The notes below the pieces were generated by a model. That model made no database searches. It was not told the DNA's origin and saw nothing but the letters and a program-made list of their open reading frames with translations. Source: Glaucostegus cemiculus (lineage: Eukaryota). From it: DNA of 64,000 nucleotides. Numbering within the stretch: the first letter of the stretch is position 1; every line of letters starts with the position of its first letter. The position numbers and the translations under genes are program-made. The stretch spans positions 1,922,001-1,986,000 of the forward strand of contig CDPCPM010000418.1 in the NCBI GenBank assembly GCA_976551045.1. The letters are read 5' to 3'. Of this stretch, positions 40,601 to 55,600 are shown piece by piece.

Positions 40601-43600
40601 GCAGCCAAATGTTTTGCACGGTGGTGCACATGACCATTTTCATTCAGATTTACAATGCTGACAAAAGAGAAGCCAGCGAGCCTTACTTTGAGGCATCCTG
40701 TGACTCTGAACAAGAAGAAAACACTGAAATGAACCAAGAAAAATAAACCACTGCTCTAAGAATTGGGGAATTAAATCTAATTTTAATATAGCATTAACAG
40801 TGTATTTGAAGCATTGTCACAAATATTCCATACTGTCAATGTCTACAACATTCAATCTGCATTCCTGACCCCATTTCACATTCAAATCTACAATCCTGCC
40901 TGTGCCTGACTAAAATTCAATCTGCATTTCTGTGCCACACTGGGGTATAGAAAGGCATTCCTCTGAGTGAAATTCCAATTGTCATTCCAGTCCCACTACC
41001 CAGCAGAAGATCCAACATCCCTGTCCTCAATCCTGAGGCCAATTTCCATTATTGTTCCATTTTAAGATACAGAAGTGCATGCCTGTCACTGACTGAGGCC
41101 TCAATTTCCATTGTCCACGTTCCTGATTAAGATTCAAGTCTGTCACCCTGTCCCTAGCTAACACCAGTAGAATAGTACAACACAGGAACAGGCTCTTTGG
41201 TCCACCATGTCTGCACTGACCATGATGCCAATCTAACTAATCCCATAAAACTGCTTATGATCTGTATCCCTCAATTCCTTGTGTTATGTGTCTGTCTTCA
41301 TGTATATTAAATGTTGCTATCATATCTGCTACTACCACCAACCCTGGTAGTGCACTCCAGGTACCTACCACTCTATGATTAAAAAACTTGCCTTGTTCAT
41401 CTCCTTTAAACTTTCCTCCTCACCTCAAACCGATGCGCACTAGTATTTGATATTTCCATCCTGGGAAAAAAGATTCTGACTATCTAACCTATCTATAGCT
41501 CTCATAGTTTTATATACTATTATCAGATTACCCCTTAGCCTCTGATATTCCAGAGGAAACTGTCCAAATTTGTCCAACTTCTCCTTGTAGCTAATACTCT
41601 GCAGTCCAGACAATATCCTAGTGAACATCTTTTGCACTCTCTCAAAGCTTCCACATCCTTCCTATAATGTGGTGACCAGAAATGCACACAATACTTCAAA
41701 TGTGGCCTGACCAACGTTTTACACAGCTGCAAAACAGCTTCCTAACTTTTATACTCAAGGCCCTGACTGATGTAGACTACCATGCCATATGCCTTCTTAA
41801 CCACCCTATACAGTTATGTTGCCACTTCCAGGGATATATGGACTTGCACCCCAAGATCCTTCCATATATCGATGCTCCTAAGGGTCCTGTCATTTACTGT
41901 ATACTTTCCTCTTGCATTTGACCTCCCAAAATGAAACACCTTACACTTGCATGGATTCAATTCCATCTGCATTTCTCTGCCCAAATTTCCAATTGATCTA
42001 TATTTTGCTGTATCCTTTAACAACCTCCCTCACCACAACTCCAGCATTGTTTGTGTTGTCTTTAAATGTACTAATCAGACTATCTACATTTTCATCCAAG
42101 TCATTTATATATTACAAGCAAGAGGTTCTAGCACTGATCCTTGTGGAACCCCTGATCACAGACCTTCAATCAGATAAACTTCCTTTCACTGCTGCGCTCT
42201 GTCGTCTATGACCAGGCCAATTTTGTATCCAACTTACCAGTGCACCATGAATCCCATGTGATTTAATCTTCTGGGCCAGCCTACCATGAGGGACCTTGCC
42301 AAATGCTCTACTAAATTCCATGTAGAAAAAATCCACTCTCCTACCCTCTTCAATTATTTGTCACTTTTAAAAAAAAATTCAAATCAAATTTGAGAGACAG
42401 GACCTCCACTGAACAAAGCCATGCTGACTTTCCTTAATATCCATGCTTTTCCAAACTCAAGTAAGTCTTGTCCCTAAGAACCTTCTCCAGTAATTCCCCT
42501 ATCACCAACATAAGGCTCACTGGCCTATAATTTCCAGGCTTGTCCACATTGTCCTTAAACAGAGGAACAGCACTGGCTAATCTCCAGTCTTCTGGGACTT
42601 CACACGTGACTAAAGAGGATACAAAGTTTATGGTCAAGGCCCAAGTAATCTCTTCCCTTGCCTCCCTCAGTATCCTGGGATAAATTCCTTCAGGTTCTAA
42701 GGACTTATCCACCTTAATGTTTTTTCAAGAAACCTCCTCCACCTCAATATTGACATGCCCCACAATATCGATGTACCCCTTCCTGATCTCATCATCATCT
42801 ATGTTATTCTTCTTGGTGAATACCGAAGCAAAATACTCATTTAGGACCTCACCCACTTTCTCTGGCTCCAGCCACAGTTTCCCTCCTTTGTCCTTGAGTC
42901 GACTTACCCTTTCCCTAGCCACCCTCTTGCTTTTAATATACGTATAAAATGCCTTGGGATTCTCCAAAATCCTACTTGCCAAGGACATTTCACGGCCTCT
43001 TTTAGCCCTCCTAATTACTTATTTAAGTTCTTTCCTGCTTCCTTTATATTTTCATCGAGGGCCTTGGTCAATTTCAGCTTTTTAAACCTTACATATGCCT
43101 TTCTCTTTTTGACTAAACTTACATCTCTTGTCATCCAAGGTTACTGAACATTGTAAGGGAGGCAACACACTACCCTGGAATCTCACTCACAGCCACAGGA
43201 ATGCTTATCTGTGCTCCTGACTGCAGAGTCCCCCATCACTAGCACTCGCAAACATTTCAACCCTCCCTGCTGAATAACAGAGCCAGTCGTGTTGCCACTG
43301 ACCTGGCTGCCACTGCGTTCCTCTGAGAGAGCATCCCAATAGTATACAAAAGGTTAAGTACAAACCAGTTCCTGATTACAAAGAAAATATAGCTCAGAAA
43401 TAGACAGAGCAATGAAATAAATCTATGCTGGTGTAAGTCTCCTCCCATTCCATCCACATCTTGGACTTCTAGATTCTTGATTCAGACCCACCTGGTTATC
43501 AAATTAAAACACTTATGTTTACATTTCTAAGAGTCTATCTCAGATTTATGTTTGTTCTTATTCATAGTTGAGATTCAAATCGTCATTATTGTCCCAACTA

Positions 43601-46600
43601 GGAATCCAAATCTCTAATGTATCTAATTGACAGGGGTAGGCAAAGATGAGAGGATGGTAGTGGAAGCTCAGAGACAGTCCAATTTTTAATTCCTGCATGC
43701 ACCCTTGCTAGTCCACATTGTGGTCGGTTCCTAATAATGAAAACCTCAAAATTTCAGTAACAGGATAGTTTCACAGCTTCAGGCGTCACAACTCAAAATA
43801 AAACCAGAAACACACTACTTTCCTCTTATACACAAAGGCCAATAATGCCAATAGTACTCACTTTGGGGTGACCTTATTAGGCTCCCAGAACTTTGACTCC
43901 TTCACACTAAACCACGGGAAGAATCGTTCCATTTGCTGCATAAGAAGCAAACACAGGTATTGTTAGATTGAAAGCTGTCCAAGAGTTCAATTAAACACAA
44001 GGTATCAGATTTGTGAAGTCATCCTTTTAATTACCATCCCCATCTCAAATCTGAGCCTCGGGGATAATGCTTTAACAGATCAGGCAAACACTCTTCACTG
44101 AAACCGAGCAACAACAACAAAAAGATGCTGCAAAACACCCAGCCAGTTAGAGCAATGCCTGGGGGGATAAAAAGTAAATCATTAGTTTTTAAAGCACATA
44201 ATTCTGTTTCAAGCATTTTGTAGCCTAAACCATGCAGAAACAATCAGTCACTGGGATTGTTTAAGGAGACTGGTGTCAATTGTGAAAGTAAAGGCTAATA
44301 TCCTTACACTGTTAAGACTGCTTGACCATCTGAGCTTAACACTTTTTCAGCAAGGTACAACAATTCATAATAAAGATTAAACAAACTTGCAATGGCAAAC
44401 AGTAGTTGGGTTTATATGACACTGTATACTGACCTTAACTCTTCAGTTAATTACTGTTTAATTAGGGAATTTGCAGACAGAAAAATTATTAAGAGATTCA
44501 CGGTTTTGGTTAGGAGACTCCAAAATAACTGAAGTTTATTTTTATATAAATTAATTTTATTTCTGTAAACACAATGTAAACTGGTGACCGCAGCATCTGA
44601 AACAAATGCTCACTAGACAACCCTTAACATTACACGCATACAACAAATGGATTATATCATGTGGTATGCAGGAGCAGCAATGAAAGGATATATCAAATGA
44701 TAGAAGTAATAGAAGCAAAGCCAAACCGCACTCCTTTGTAGTTTAAAGTCAGGTAATTTAATAACAAGTTGGCAAAGCGAGCATGTAGGTTCCATACTGT
44801 GAATACCCAAATTTTAAAAAAATTGTAGAAAATTCTGCAAATAAATAAATGTGTCTGAGAAAAGGGCAAGATAATATTTCTTTATGGACTGTTTGATAAC
44901 ACTACTTTTGTGTCAAATGATTTACTTTCAAACAATTTTTCTCTTCAGATGTGAATACGATAAGAATTCCATCAAGCAAACCTGTCAATGGGATAGCCAA
45001 ATAAACTGTTGTTCACTTCTGCTGATGGAAGTTGAAGCAGGAGCAAAAAGGCCAACTGTGGGAACATGGTATTTATCATTTTTTGAGATCAGGACAGAAG
45101 TAGTGATGAGCTGCCACTTTGAACCATTGCAGTCCTTCTGATGAAATTACTGTCACAATGCTGTTTGGTAGGGAGTTCCACGATTTAAAGGCAGCAATGA
45201 TGAAGGAACAGCAATGTATTTCCAAGACAAGATGAAGTACTACTTGGAGAGGAACCAACAGATGGTGCCTAGTGCCTTTGTTCTTTTTAGTATGAGTAAC
45301 TGCAATTCCTTTTTCAGATAGTACAAACTGTATATATTGTCCATCAGTGGTGGAGGGAATTAATGTTTAAGGTTATGGATGGGTTAACAATCAAGTTCAG
45401 TCATACTGCTTTGTCCTGGATGGTGGCAAGTGTTGCTGGAGCTGCACTCATCTAGGTTTCTGAATCCATCTTTGCAAGCTCTTACTGATCATCAACATCT
45501 ATGCGAGGAAGAGGAAGGACAAGGACAGATCACTGGAAATTTGAGAGACAAAAATACACAAGCAAGATATGATGGGTAGCTAAAAATAAGTTACTGACTG
45601 CAGAAGACGAAAGTCAAATGCACCATGGTCAGCTACAAGGAGGCAAGGGAAGAAAATGTTGACATTAATTAGGATTGTTAAAATCCTGTGGTAGACTTGG
45701 AAATCTGACTGAAAAACTCTAGCTGTGAGAAAGAAAATCAAATTTGAGAAACATCACTTCTCTTTCCTCCAAGCTCCAATTTAACAGCAAAGATTGGGAG
45801 GTGGAGTGGACAGGGCAGGGATGGAGGTGGGAGGAGTAGAGGAACTTACTTCTGAGAGGCCAATGATAACACACTTCAAAGTGAGGAAACAGTACCTGAA
45901 AAGAGGGATCCATGAGGCCAGGAAGGGAAACTAGTTGGTTAGCATTTTAGTGGAAATGCAGTCTAGGGGTCAGGAGTTGGGTCACATTGAAAAGATGAGC
46001 ATGGAGACAGCATGAGAGGAGATACAAAGATAAAAAGACCTGATCACAACCTAAACACTACAATTTTAAAACTCGAAAGAAAACTTATGCGGCTCTCTGG
46101 AATTGAATAATTTCAAATTACTGCTGAAATATTCTGATCAAGAAAATTAGGACTAAGATGGAACATTCAATCATTTAGCAAGAGAAATAACACACGAGTT
46201 GCTATGATTAACCTTTGATGATAGTTAGTGGTTGCTTGGAAACAATTTTTTCAGCATGATTGCATCTTAACATTTTAAAACTGCAATGTTATCTTGCATT
46301 CATATGCACTGCAAACCCTAGAGAAATGGTTCTTTTCCCCCTTACCCTAGTTCTTTTCCCCCTTACCCGGATAAAGAAAGCCTTGACCATGCTATTGGCT
46401 TTTTTGTTTTCAGGCTGCCCTCCATCGCAGTTCATTGCAGTTTGGATTATCTTCACAATGTCATCACTGAACTCCAGCTGAACATAACAACAGTAGATAA
46501 TCAGCCATTACAGCATTTGCCAACAGATAACATACGTTAATTATAGCAGAGTTTGACATGTGATGGAGAGAATATGATGCAGAACATGGGGTAAGTCTTA

Positions 46601-49600
46601 AGATTTTCCTCATGGACTATACATTGCTCAAAATATCTTTCCAAAATTTTTAGACAAGCAAATTTACGGGTATTTTACCACTGAATGGTATCGCTCCTGC
46701 TCCATTTTCTTCTTTACACCTTCCAGGTCAAGAGGTTGCTCATCTTGCTGGTTTACTTCTGTAAGAACTGGAGGATCAGGACCTTCAGGTGAGCTTCTAG
46801 CAGAGACAGCTTCTTCGGTCTCTGGATTTAAATCAGGTGGTTTGGCTGCCTGGTAAAAAGACGGTGTGGAACTCAGCTATATAATTTTTCACTTCACCAA
46901 CTAGCCACTTCAATTTCTGCATTATGAAAACTTCAAATCACAGGGGTGGTTCTGGTCACCCAGCTATAGGAAGGACATCATTCAGCTGGAAAGGGTACAG
47001 AGCAGATTCACAAGAACGTTACTGGAACTGGAAGGCTTGAGAGTTACATGAAGAGGCTCCACAGGTTAGGACTTTTTTCCCTGGAGTGTAGGAGGTTGAG
47101 GGGTGACCTTATAGAGGGGTGTAGATAAGGTGGATGGTCGCAGGGTAAGGGAGTCTAAAACTAGAGGGCATAGGTTTAATGAGAGGGGAAATATTTGAAA
47201 GGGACCTGAGCGGGAAGTTTTTCTACACAGAGGGTGGTGGGTATTTGGAATGAGCAGACAGAGGAAGCTGAAGAGGTGAGTACAATGACAACGTTTCAAA
47301 GACATTTGAACAGGTATGTGGATAGGTAAGTTTTAGAGGGATATGGCCCAAATGCAGGTAAATGGGAATAGCGCAGATAGATATCTTGGTTGGTGTGTAC
47401 TGGTTGGACTGAAGGTTCTGTTTCTGTGCTGTAGAGAGCTCTATGACTCTATAACTGTGATCCATCATACAAAGAAATAAGTTTCTGATCATTTTATAAT
47501 CTAAATCAAATGCTGATACCCAAGTAACATGGAATGTAAACCAAGAAAGAAGTACAAACTCATTGTTCCTTTCTGTTCAATTTTCTCCCATTTCATATTG
47601 TTCCTCTAGAAATTATTATTCCATACACTGTTAAGAGAGTACTTTTGTTGTGCATTTTCTGCAAGTCTTATGTGACAACCACCAGCTTACCTTTTTTAAT
47701 TAATACAAAAGAACACTCTTGCCTCATTGAACTTCAAGGCAAAAAAATGAAATGAAATTAAGCCTCTCAGCACACACAACACGGCCTGGAAGTTCAATCA
47801 GGCAGAGCCGTTTTCTTCAGCGTGACGTATGTATAAAAATCAATTTTCCCCCAGAATGGAATGCGATTCTGATCGTTTCCAGGTTGCACTGTGCCATTCT
47901 GGAAATCTTACTTAGCAGTTCCTATCATGAATCATGATTAATTCTTTTTTGGCATCAAACATGCAAGCAACGATGTCATACCCCTAGGCCCTGATCACCC
48001 CACACAAACCCCCCCTCACAACCACTTACCCTTCCTCCAAATACAGGCCCTTAACTCACCATCACAATCATGAGCACCCAGTTCAGGGTTCACCAGCATC
48101 CAATATTCCCTCACACCCTGTCATATCAATAATCTCCCCACATCCTTGGCCTCAATCCCCCATAACCTGCACAACTGGCCCCTGCCCCCAATTTATCCAT
48201 TTTCCTTTGTGCACGCTGCATTTAGAGAAAGGCCAATTCAGGAGCATCCAACACCTTGGGTGCTACAGAATTCTTAACAGTGAGTGCACAACCAAACCAA
48301 CATTAGCTTCCCATGCTTCAATTGATTACTGTACGATTGTGGCTAATGAATTTCTATGTCTTCAACTTTACAATCCTCGTCGGGTAAATGACACAGTTAG
48401 ATATTCTTTTCAACATGCAACAACATTTCATAAATTTGAAGAACTCAGTGAGGCAGTGTTTTGGCATAGTTTCCATAATCCTATAAAGAAAATTCCTGTT
48501 CTCCACCAGGAATATTTGAGATGCATCCACTGGAATGAAAGCAAATTCTTACAGGAATAAAACAGCCAAAGAAGAAAGAGCAATATAAACAATCAACTTT
48601 CATGCCCTCAAGGAACCTACAGGTTTCTATATTTAACACATTTGTTCCCTGAAGTGCATAATTGTTGTAATGGAGTTAAATATAGTAACTAAGCTACAAA
48701 CAAGGTCTCACAAATATCCATGAACATAATGAGCAATTAATTAAGAAGGAATGTTCGCCAAGACAGTAGGAAGCAGCTGCATCAGTACCACTGCTCCCAC
48801 CGCAACCCCCCAACACTCTTCTTCAAATTATGCCGTAGAATTATCTATACCACTTTAAATCAAACTCTAGGATTTTATTTCCTTAACATGGTAACACCTG
48901 CACCAGTGCAACCCAGATTATGTGCTCAATTTCTAAGTGTATCTTGAGGATACAATCTCCTGCTTCAAAAGATGACAGCGTTACCAACTGTGCTAAACGG
49001 TCGATGAAACAGACCTAGAGAGACCAATGTTTTATTCTCACTGAACCCTGATGTTCATCAGAACAATGGGTAACTGCTACAAATATCATGCACATTTCCA
49101 AACTGAAGGGAAGTAAAAAGAAATCTCAGCTGGGTTTCTAAACACAAATGGTGTTTGGTTACTTGTACCATCAAGTGCATGTGGACAGCAAGTACACAAT
49201 TTTGATTCTCTCCAAGGCAAATATTTTTAAGGTGAACAAGGACTAGGAAAGCACTAGGTGGAGTAGCAATCTGACCAAGGGAAAGAGAAACGCAAAATGA
49301 AAACAGAATTCATCAAATCAAACCACAGCTTTAGAGATTAAAATTGAGGGTGGGAAGGGGAAAGCAAAATTGAAAATAATGCACCTTAGATTGTTGCATT
49401 TTGTTAATTGCAAAACAGCATTTCTGTTTTCCCTTCTGATAAAGGAGGCCATTTGGCCCATCAGGTCCATGCCAGCTCACAAGGCAATTCCATCCCCCCA
49501 CTAATTTTCCCTGTAACCTATTCTTCCTCATATTCCCATTAACTCCCTCCAGGTTCTACCCACTTACTTACACACTAAGGGCAATTTAGGGAAATCAACC

Positions 49601-52600
49601 TACCAGCCCACATTTTTAGGATGTGGGAGGAAACCAGAGCATCCAGGAGAACGTACAAGTGACACACAGCACCAAAGATGAGGACCGAACCTGGATTGCT
49701 GGACATACAAGGCAATACCTATACCAGTTGTGTCACTGTACTGCCCATTATCAAATAACAAAGATCTAGTAACTTTTCCACAATGTTAGGTTTTATGGTG
49801 CTTGTACGGGGAAATGCTAGAAGACTACCTTTGAAATTTAAAAAAATCTCCTTTTCCTTTAGTCTACAAGAAAGAATAAAGTTGTTACTAAGGGAATATC
49901 TGGAAACATTACTTTTAACATTTATTCTATTATATAAATCATCAACTTAATACTTCATTTTCACCATCTATCAGATGTAAGATTTCAAGTAAAACTTAAT
50001 GGACCATCTATGAAGCATACTGTAGTTAAAGCTCTCAAAGATTCCAAAATACTTCGAAGTTAAAATACTTCATCCAGAGTCATCTATTGATTTACTTCAG
50101 ATGGCATAAAACTCAAAGATCCTAGCTTAATAACAGGAACAAATAACAGCAAACCAATGAATGAAAATCACAGCTGAAATTATGTAATGTCTCTGCTAGC
50201 AGTCTGATGACACCATCTCGAACGAGCAGCTCAAACTCACCTGTCTGTATCGTAACAAGTGACTGGTCGTTCTAGAGTTTAGCAATGCAGTCAAGACTTG
50301 CTTTAAAGAGATCTGCAGTTCCTTGCCTAGTGCCAGCCTCCATTCTGCAGGGTGCTGCTCCGTGCAATTTATGCATGTGTATGCCACACTTTCTGGAAGA
50401 TTTGACAAGATTTCATACATCTCATCTGGATGAAGATAAAATCAATGGTAAAAATTGTCATGCACAGCTAGACACCATTCTGAATAGAATAGATTCTCTA
50501 AAATTTTCAAATCAATATGGGGAACATATACAAATGAAGAGAACAGTGAAAAGCAAAGGATGCAAAGCACTGGTGCTGCTACATGCTGCACTAGGAAAAG
50601 GTCTTAGTGGCTTTAATCTTCCTGTCAACTGAACTGAGCAAATTCTGGCCTATCAGTCCATTGTGCAATATAAATGTGAAAAATAGCAGAACAAGCAAAC
50701 ATGTGTACAATCCTTTTAATGGACTGTACAATCCTTATGGGTAAGCCTAATAGTGTGGGGACATGTTCAGCACAGCTTTGTGGGCTGAAGGGCCTGAATT
50801 GTGCTGAAGGTATCTATGTTCTATCTATGTAAATGGGTCTGCTTCACAAGACATGGCTAATAACATAGAGATTTAGAGTTGGTGGGCAGGAGAGAAAATT
50901 AGCAGTGGAAAATGTAGAGGCCTCCTACAGACAAACAACTCTCACTAAAATAAACCTACTGGATAAAATGGGAAAGTTAAAATAGGTCATATTTGACACA
51001 AGTTCAAAGCAGAACCAGGATCACTGCAAACTCTCAAATTTGTGCCTGAACATAGTGCCATCTGCCAATTATACAGTATTCATCTTGGGATGATTCCTGA
51101 TATGAATGGTCAGCTGACTCAAGGATGCACCATTCTCCCAGCTAATATACAAGCTTATGATTTTAATCAGCTATATATTATTGGGGCAAGTTGGCCTGTA
51201 CTATCATGAAAGAAAATTGGGGAGGAGTGGGAGGAGAAGGGGAGAAAAAAAACCCAAACCAATGGCAAACAAGTATTTGCTATTTTTAATTCATTATGAA
51301 GGCAGGAGGCCATTCAGATCCATTATCCTGTACTGCCATTTGATACTGATCTGACTCTTAACTCTATATAGCCATCCTGGCACCAAAACCCTTAGTATCC
51401 AACAAAAATACAGTCAAGTAACCATAAAGAAGCAATGGTAAAATAGCAAAGAACATGGATGAGAAAGTCTCAACCAATGCAGAATTTCAAGATGGAAAAT
51501 GTCTAATGTAACCAATGAGATTCAACTAAGATTTGCCTTCCTACTTTTAAAATATTTATTTAAAGGAATTTTGATTTAAAGTATATCAAAAAGATGTCAG
51601 ATCCCCGCCAAAACTCCAGTTAAGTGTGGAACAAAAATCTGAATTAGGAGGAAATTAAAAATGGCAATTTAATTTTGATGATTTACTCATGTTAGAATTT
51701 GACACTCTAATGATTTACAGGCCAAGAAGGCTGTTTGTAGTTATGTATCAAACAACTAAACAGGACTTCAAGAGGCTAATATTACAATGAAGCCAGAATG
51801 AAAATATTAGGAATTGTAACATCACGTGGCCAGAATCATGCAGACTGTGATCACATGATACACTAAACATGAACTTGAGAGGCTACTGTTACATAACACA
51901 TAATGCATTTATAATTTGTACTGAGAACTCAAAACAACTGAAACCTAAACCAAGCAAAAACACGTCAACTAGCAATTGTATCTTCTTAATACAGGCTGTC
52001 AGTTTTCATCCAGAAATAAAAATCTGCACTTTAAAATACCTGACAAGCTTTCACACTTTGCATGAACCCAACGATCACACTTTCCACACTGCATCATCTT
52101 GCTCTCATAATCATCATCATCGTAGCACTTATCGCACAGCGGGCAGAAGTTTCCTAAAAATAAACAACAATTTACATCAACAAAGAGAGTGTCCTTCCAG
52201 TATTCTTGATGATCCTCAACACCACTGACATATGCTTTGTTCACAATTTTACGAAAATGGGTTGGCTTTCTATTGCGCAACATATTTAGATCCACACAAT
52301 ACCATAAAGCATACATAAGAGAGGCTAATCGACCAGCTGCTAGGTTATGCCATCAACCAATGACGCACTTAGGAAAACAAAAATAGCTCCTTGCATGGCT
52401 GTTCATGGACAAATAGAAGGGAATCACAGAACAAAAATCTCCCAGGTTGAATTAAATTAAATCAGAACTTTACTTATATTGTCAGTGGAAAAGAACGGAC
52501 TTGAAAATATTGTCATGTCTGTTTTATCCACCATGAATGATATAGGTTCCAGCTTACCCAAGCTAGTTTCCTGTTTATATGCTACTAGGCACAGCATAAC

Positions 52601-55600
52601 ACTTGCTGAATGTCATGTCCGTCAACAGTGACACAGTAATCACACAATTTAATCAGTGAAAATGACAATAATGACAAACTGATTTCAATTTTCAGAAGGT
52701 CACAAGTGTATCTTCCAGTTGCTCACATTTTAGGCAATGAGCAACTGTCGACACCAATCAAACCACAGATCTCAGTCTTTCATGTCAGTTTTCCATCCAA
52801 CTGTATTTCCCATCACCTTACAATTCATGCACAGTGAAGTGCAGAATCAGGCTCATCCATGATTACCCTGCCTTGGAATGGCCTGGCATCTCTCCAGCTC
52901 CTCAGGAGGTAGGCAATGCTCAGAAGGACAACCCAAGCCTCTGAAACTAACCTGAATAATGAATCAAAACCAAGAAAGGAACTGGAAGAATTAGCGTCTA
53001 TTGGAATGCCAGTGCCAAAGATACGCAAATTATTTATGTGACTTGCGGAACTTTCTCCCAGACCTCATTCGCTGGATCCTTTCCTCTTCCAGGTAGCAGC
53101 TTTAAAGATGAACCAAAGCCATCTGAAGAGACTTCCAACTATAAATAGTCTCTGGATTGCCATTTGGCTTCCACTAGAACTTCAGTATTTTTCTTGTCTC
53201 TACGTGGCTTAAAATGAGATTTTTTTAAATAGCTATCACCTGCATGTTTCTATGACAGACAAAACATCTAATAGAGTAAGCTAACGTAATTTTGTAAAGC
53301 ACAAGATCCCTCCAACCTCACCAAATACTTAAAAGGTATGGAGTTCAGTATGCCCATGACTCCTAACCTTAGCAATCACAATTTTGTTTTAATATATAAA
53401 AAAGAGTTAATTTGTAACCCGACTAAAAATCACATCCTCAGTGAACCTTCATATAATACCATTTGTTGTCTTAAAGGACTTTTCACTCAAGAACAGAATT
53501 TTCCATAACAGTACAAGTCACTTCCCTGATATACATCATCTAATTTGCTGTAAGCAAAGCTTTGTTAGAAATCTCTAATTCATTGTTTCTAAATTACTTT
53601 TCCTCAATTGCTGTATTATAACTGGTACCCAGTAATGTTCACTTTATTATAACTGGTACCCAGGAATGGTAACCTTGATAAACAAAATAATCATGCATGC
53701 TTACCTTTATCAAAAAGCTTTGCACATTCATGACATAAAGAAAAATCATGTGACCACTGTGCATCCCAGCCTTTCCCTGGCGTTGTAGCTCCACAGCTCT
53801 TACATCGTACACATTTGGTGCATATCTACAGCGGAGGAGATCTTTATTAGAAAACATTAAGGTTGTGTCAAATTAAAGCAGAAAATGACAGAAGTGAGCA
53901 GAGCATCACTCATCTGAAGCGGACTAAAAAAGATGGTGACATCTAAAGGATAAAATCTGTTCTGATAATAAATGCAAACTAAGATGTTAGTCTTCATCTT
54001 TCAGATTCTGCTTGGCTTGCTGTGCATTTTCTATTTTCAGTTCAGATTGCTGGATTTTTCTTTTATATCTTTTTAATAAATCTTAAACACATACATATCT
54101 AGAACTTTAAACCAAAGCCAGAGGGGTTATCGACCTCTCTTCCCGTGCCTAGTCAGGAAAGCAATGCTAGAAATCCCTTTGAGTTCTAATCGGATCCTCA
54201 AACTCTACCAGCATTTAGTGAGGCTTATGTACTTATGTACTTATCAAGTTCTTTGCTTGTTAGATAATAGCTACAGCAAACTAAGTTAGCTCACCCTCCA
54301 ATTTTTACATTCAGTAAAAATAAGCATTGGCAGGCTTGGTAGTTCACCCTATGGAAATCTATAGAAGCAGTTGTTATTCAGCTGTACATTACATGAACAC
54401 ACCCACAAAATGCTGGAGACACACTATGTCTCCAGACGCTCAGATTCCAATATCTGCAGAATCTCGTGTCTCCGTTTTGCTGCTCCGCTGCGAAGTCTCT
54501 TCAAGGTATGCCTACCCTGAAGTTGTTTTCCTCCTCTCTTCGACAGGGGTTCTCTGAGGCCCTCTCTCACTGCTCCCACTGTGATCTCTGCTGCTCTCTA
54601 ACTCCAGCATATTGTGTGTGTTGCTCCAGATTCCAGCATCTGCAGAATCTCATGTCTACATGAACACACCAATGTGTTGCTTCACTATGCCCTTAGTTAA
54701 TTGATTTGGTCCCATAGAAGTAACAGAAAGAATCTTACTGGTAGTTGCAAAAAGAAACCTGGTCTCAACTTGCTCACGCACGGATGAAGAGAAAGAAGAT
54801 CAGTACAATAATAAGTCTACAGACATGAAGATAACAAAGCAGAATCTTTATCCATTGGCAACAGAAATGGAAATACGTGGAAAACCAAAGCGGGGGAGGG
54901 TGGGGTTTAGATGCTTGAGAAGGAAGAGTCAAATCAATGCTCTTTTAAGTATTAAAGAGACTTGAATGAAACTTTCCTCACCAAGAGCCTGAGCTGATCC
55001 TGCTTCATGTATTCATAAACTACATTAAATTATTCAAATTAGGTTTACTTGATTAGCATTTCTTGAAGATGTCTCAAATACTCACTTTATCTTATCTATG
55101 TACATTCCACATTAAAATAGATAGAGGCAAGTAACAGACAGGTCATGTTATGAAGGTATTAAACAGAGATAAGATAGTCACAACTTTGCCTGAATTAACA
55201 AAACTTACCCAGACTTTCTTTTTCTTAGTTGGTTTTGTTGGGTAGTTTGGTCCCAGGCACTCTGGATGATAGCTGTTTCGGCACTTGCCACACTCAAGAA
55301 GCTGCTGTGTTAAAAGAAATATTTTAAGAATTGATATTTTTCTTTTGATTCAGCACAAGAAACTAATCATTCAGATCCTTTCCCTTCCTTATGGAAATTC
55401 TCCATTACTTAGTTCCACTTACAATCCACTTTCATCTTCATTAACATAAAGCTCACTCTAAAATTAACCACCTCAAAACGAATTAAAAAAAAACTAATAT
55501 TTTGAGTGCAAACTCCTAAATGGAAATGGTGTGGGCAAGCACTACAGCTCTTTAGAAAACAAGCCAAGCAATAAAGGAGCATTGAAAATCATAAGAAAGT

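Noticed and set aside
47980-48200. C-rich tract (G-rich in the pre-mRNA), also at ~60690-60810, as G-quadruplex elements
   Set aside because: G-runs are irregular with long loops; indistinguishable from low-complexity decay
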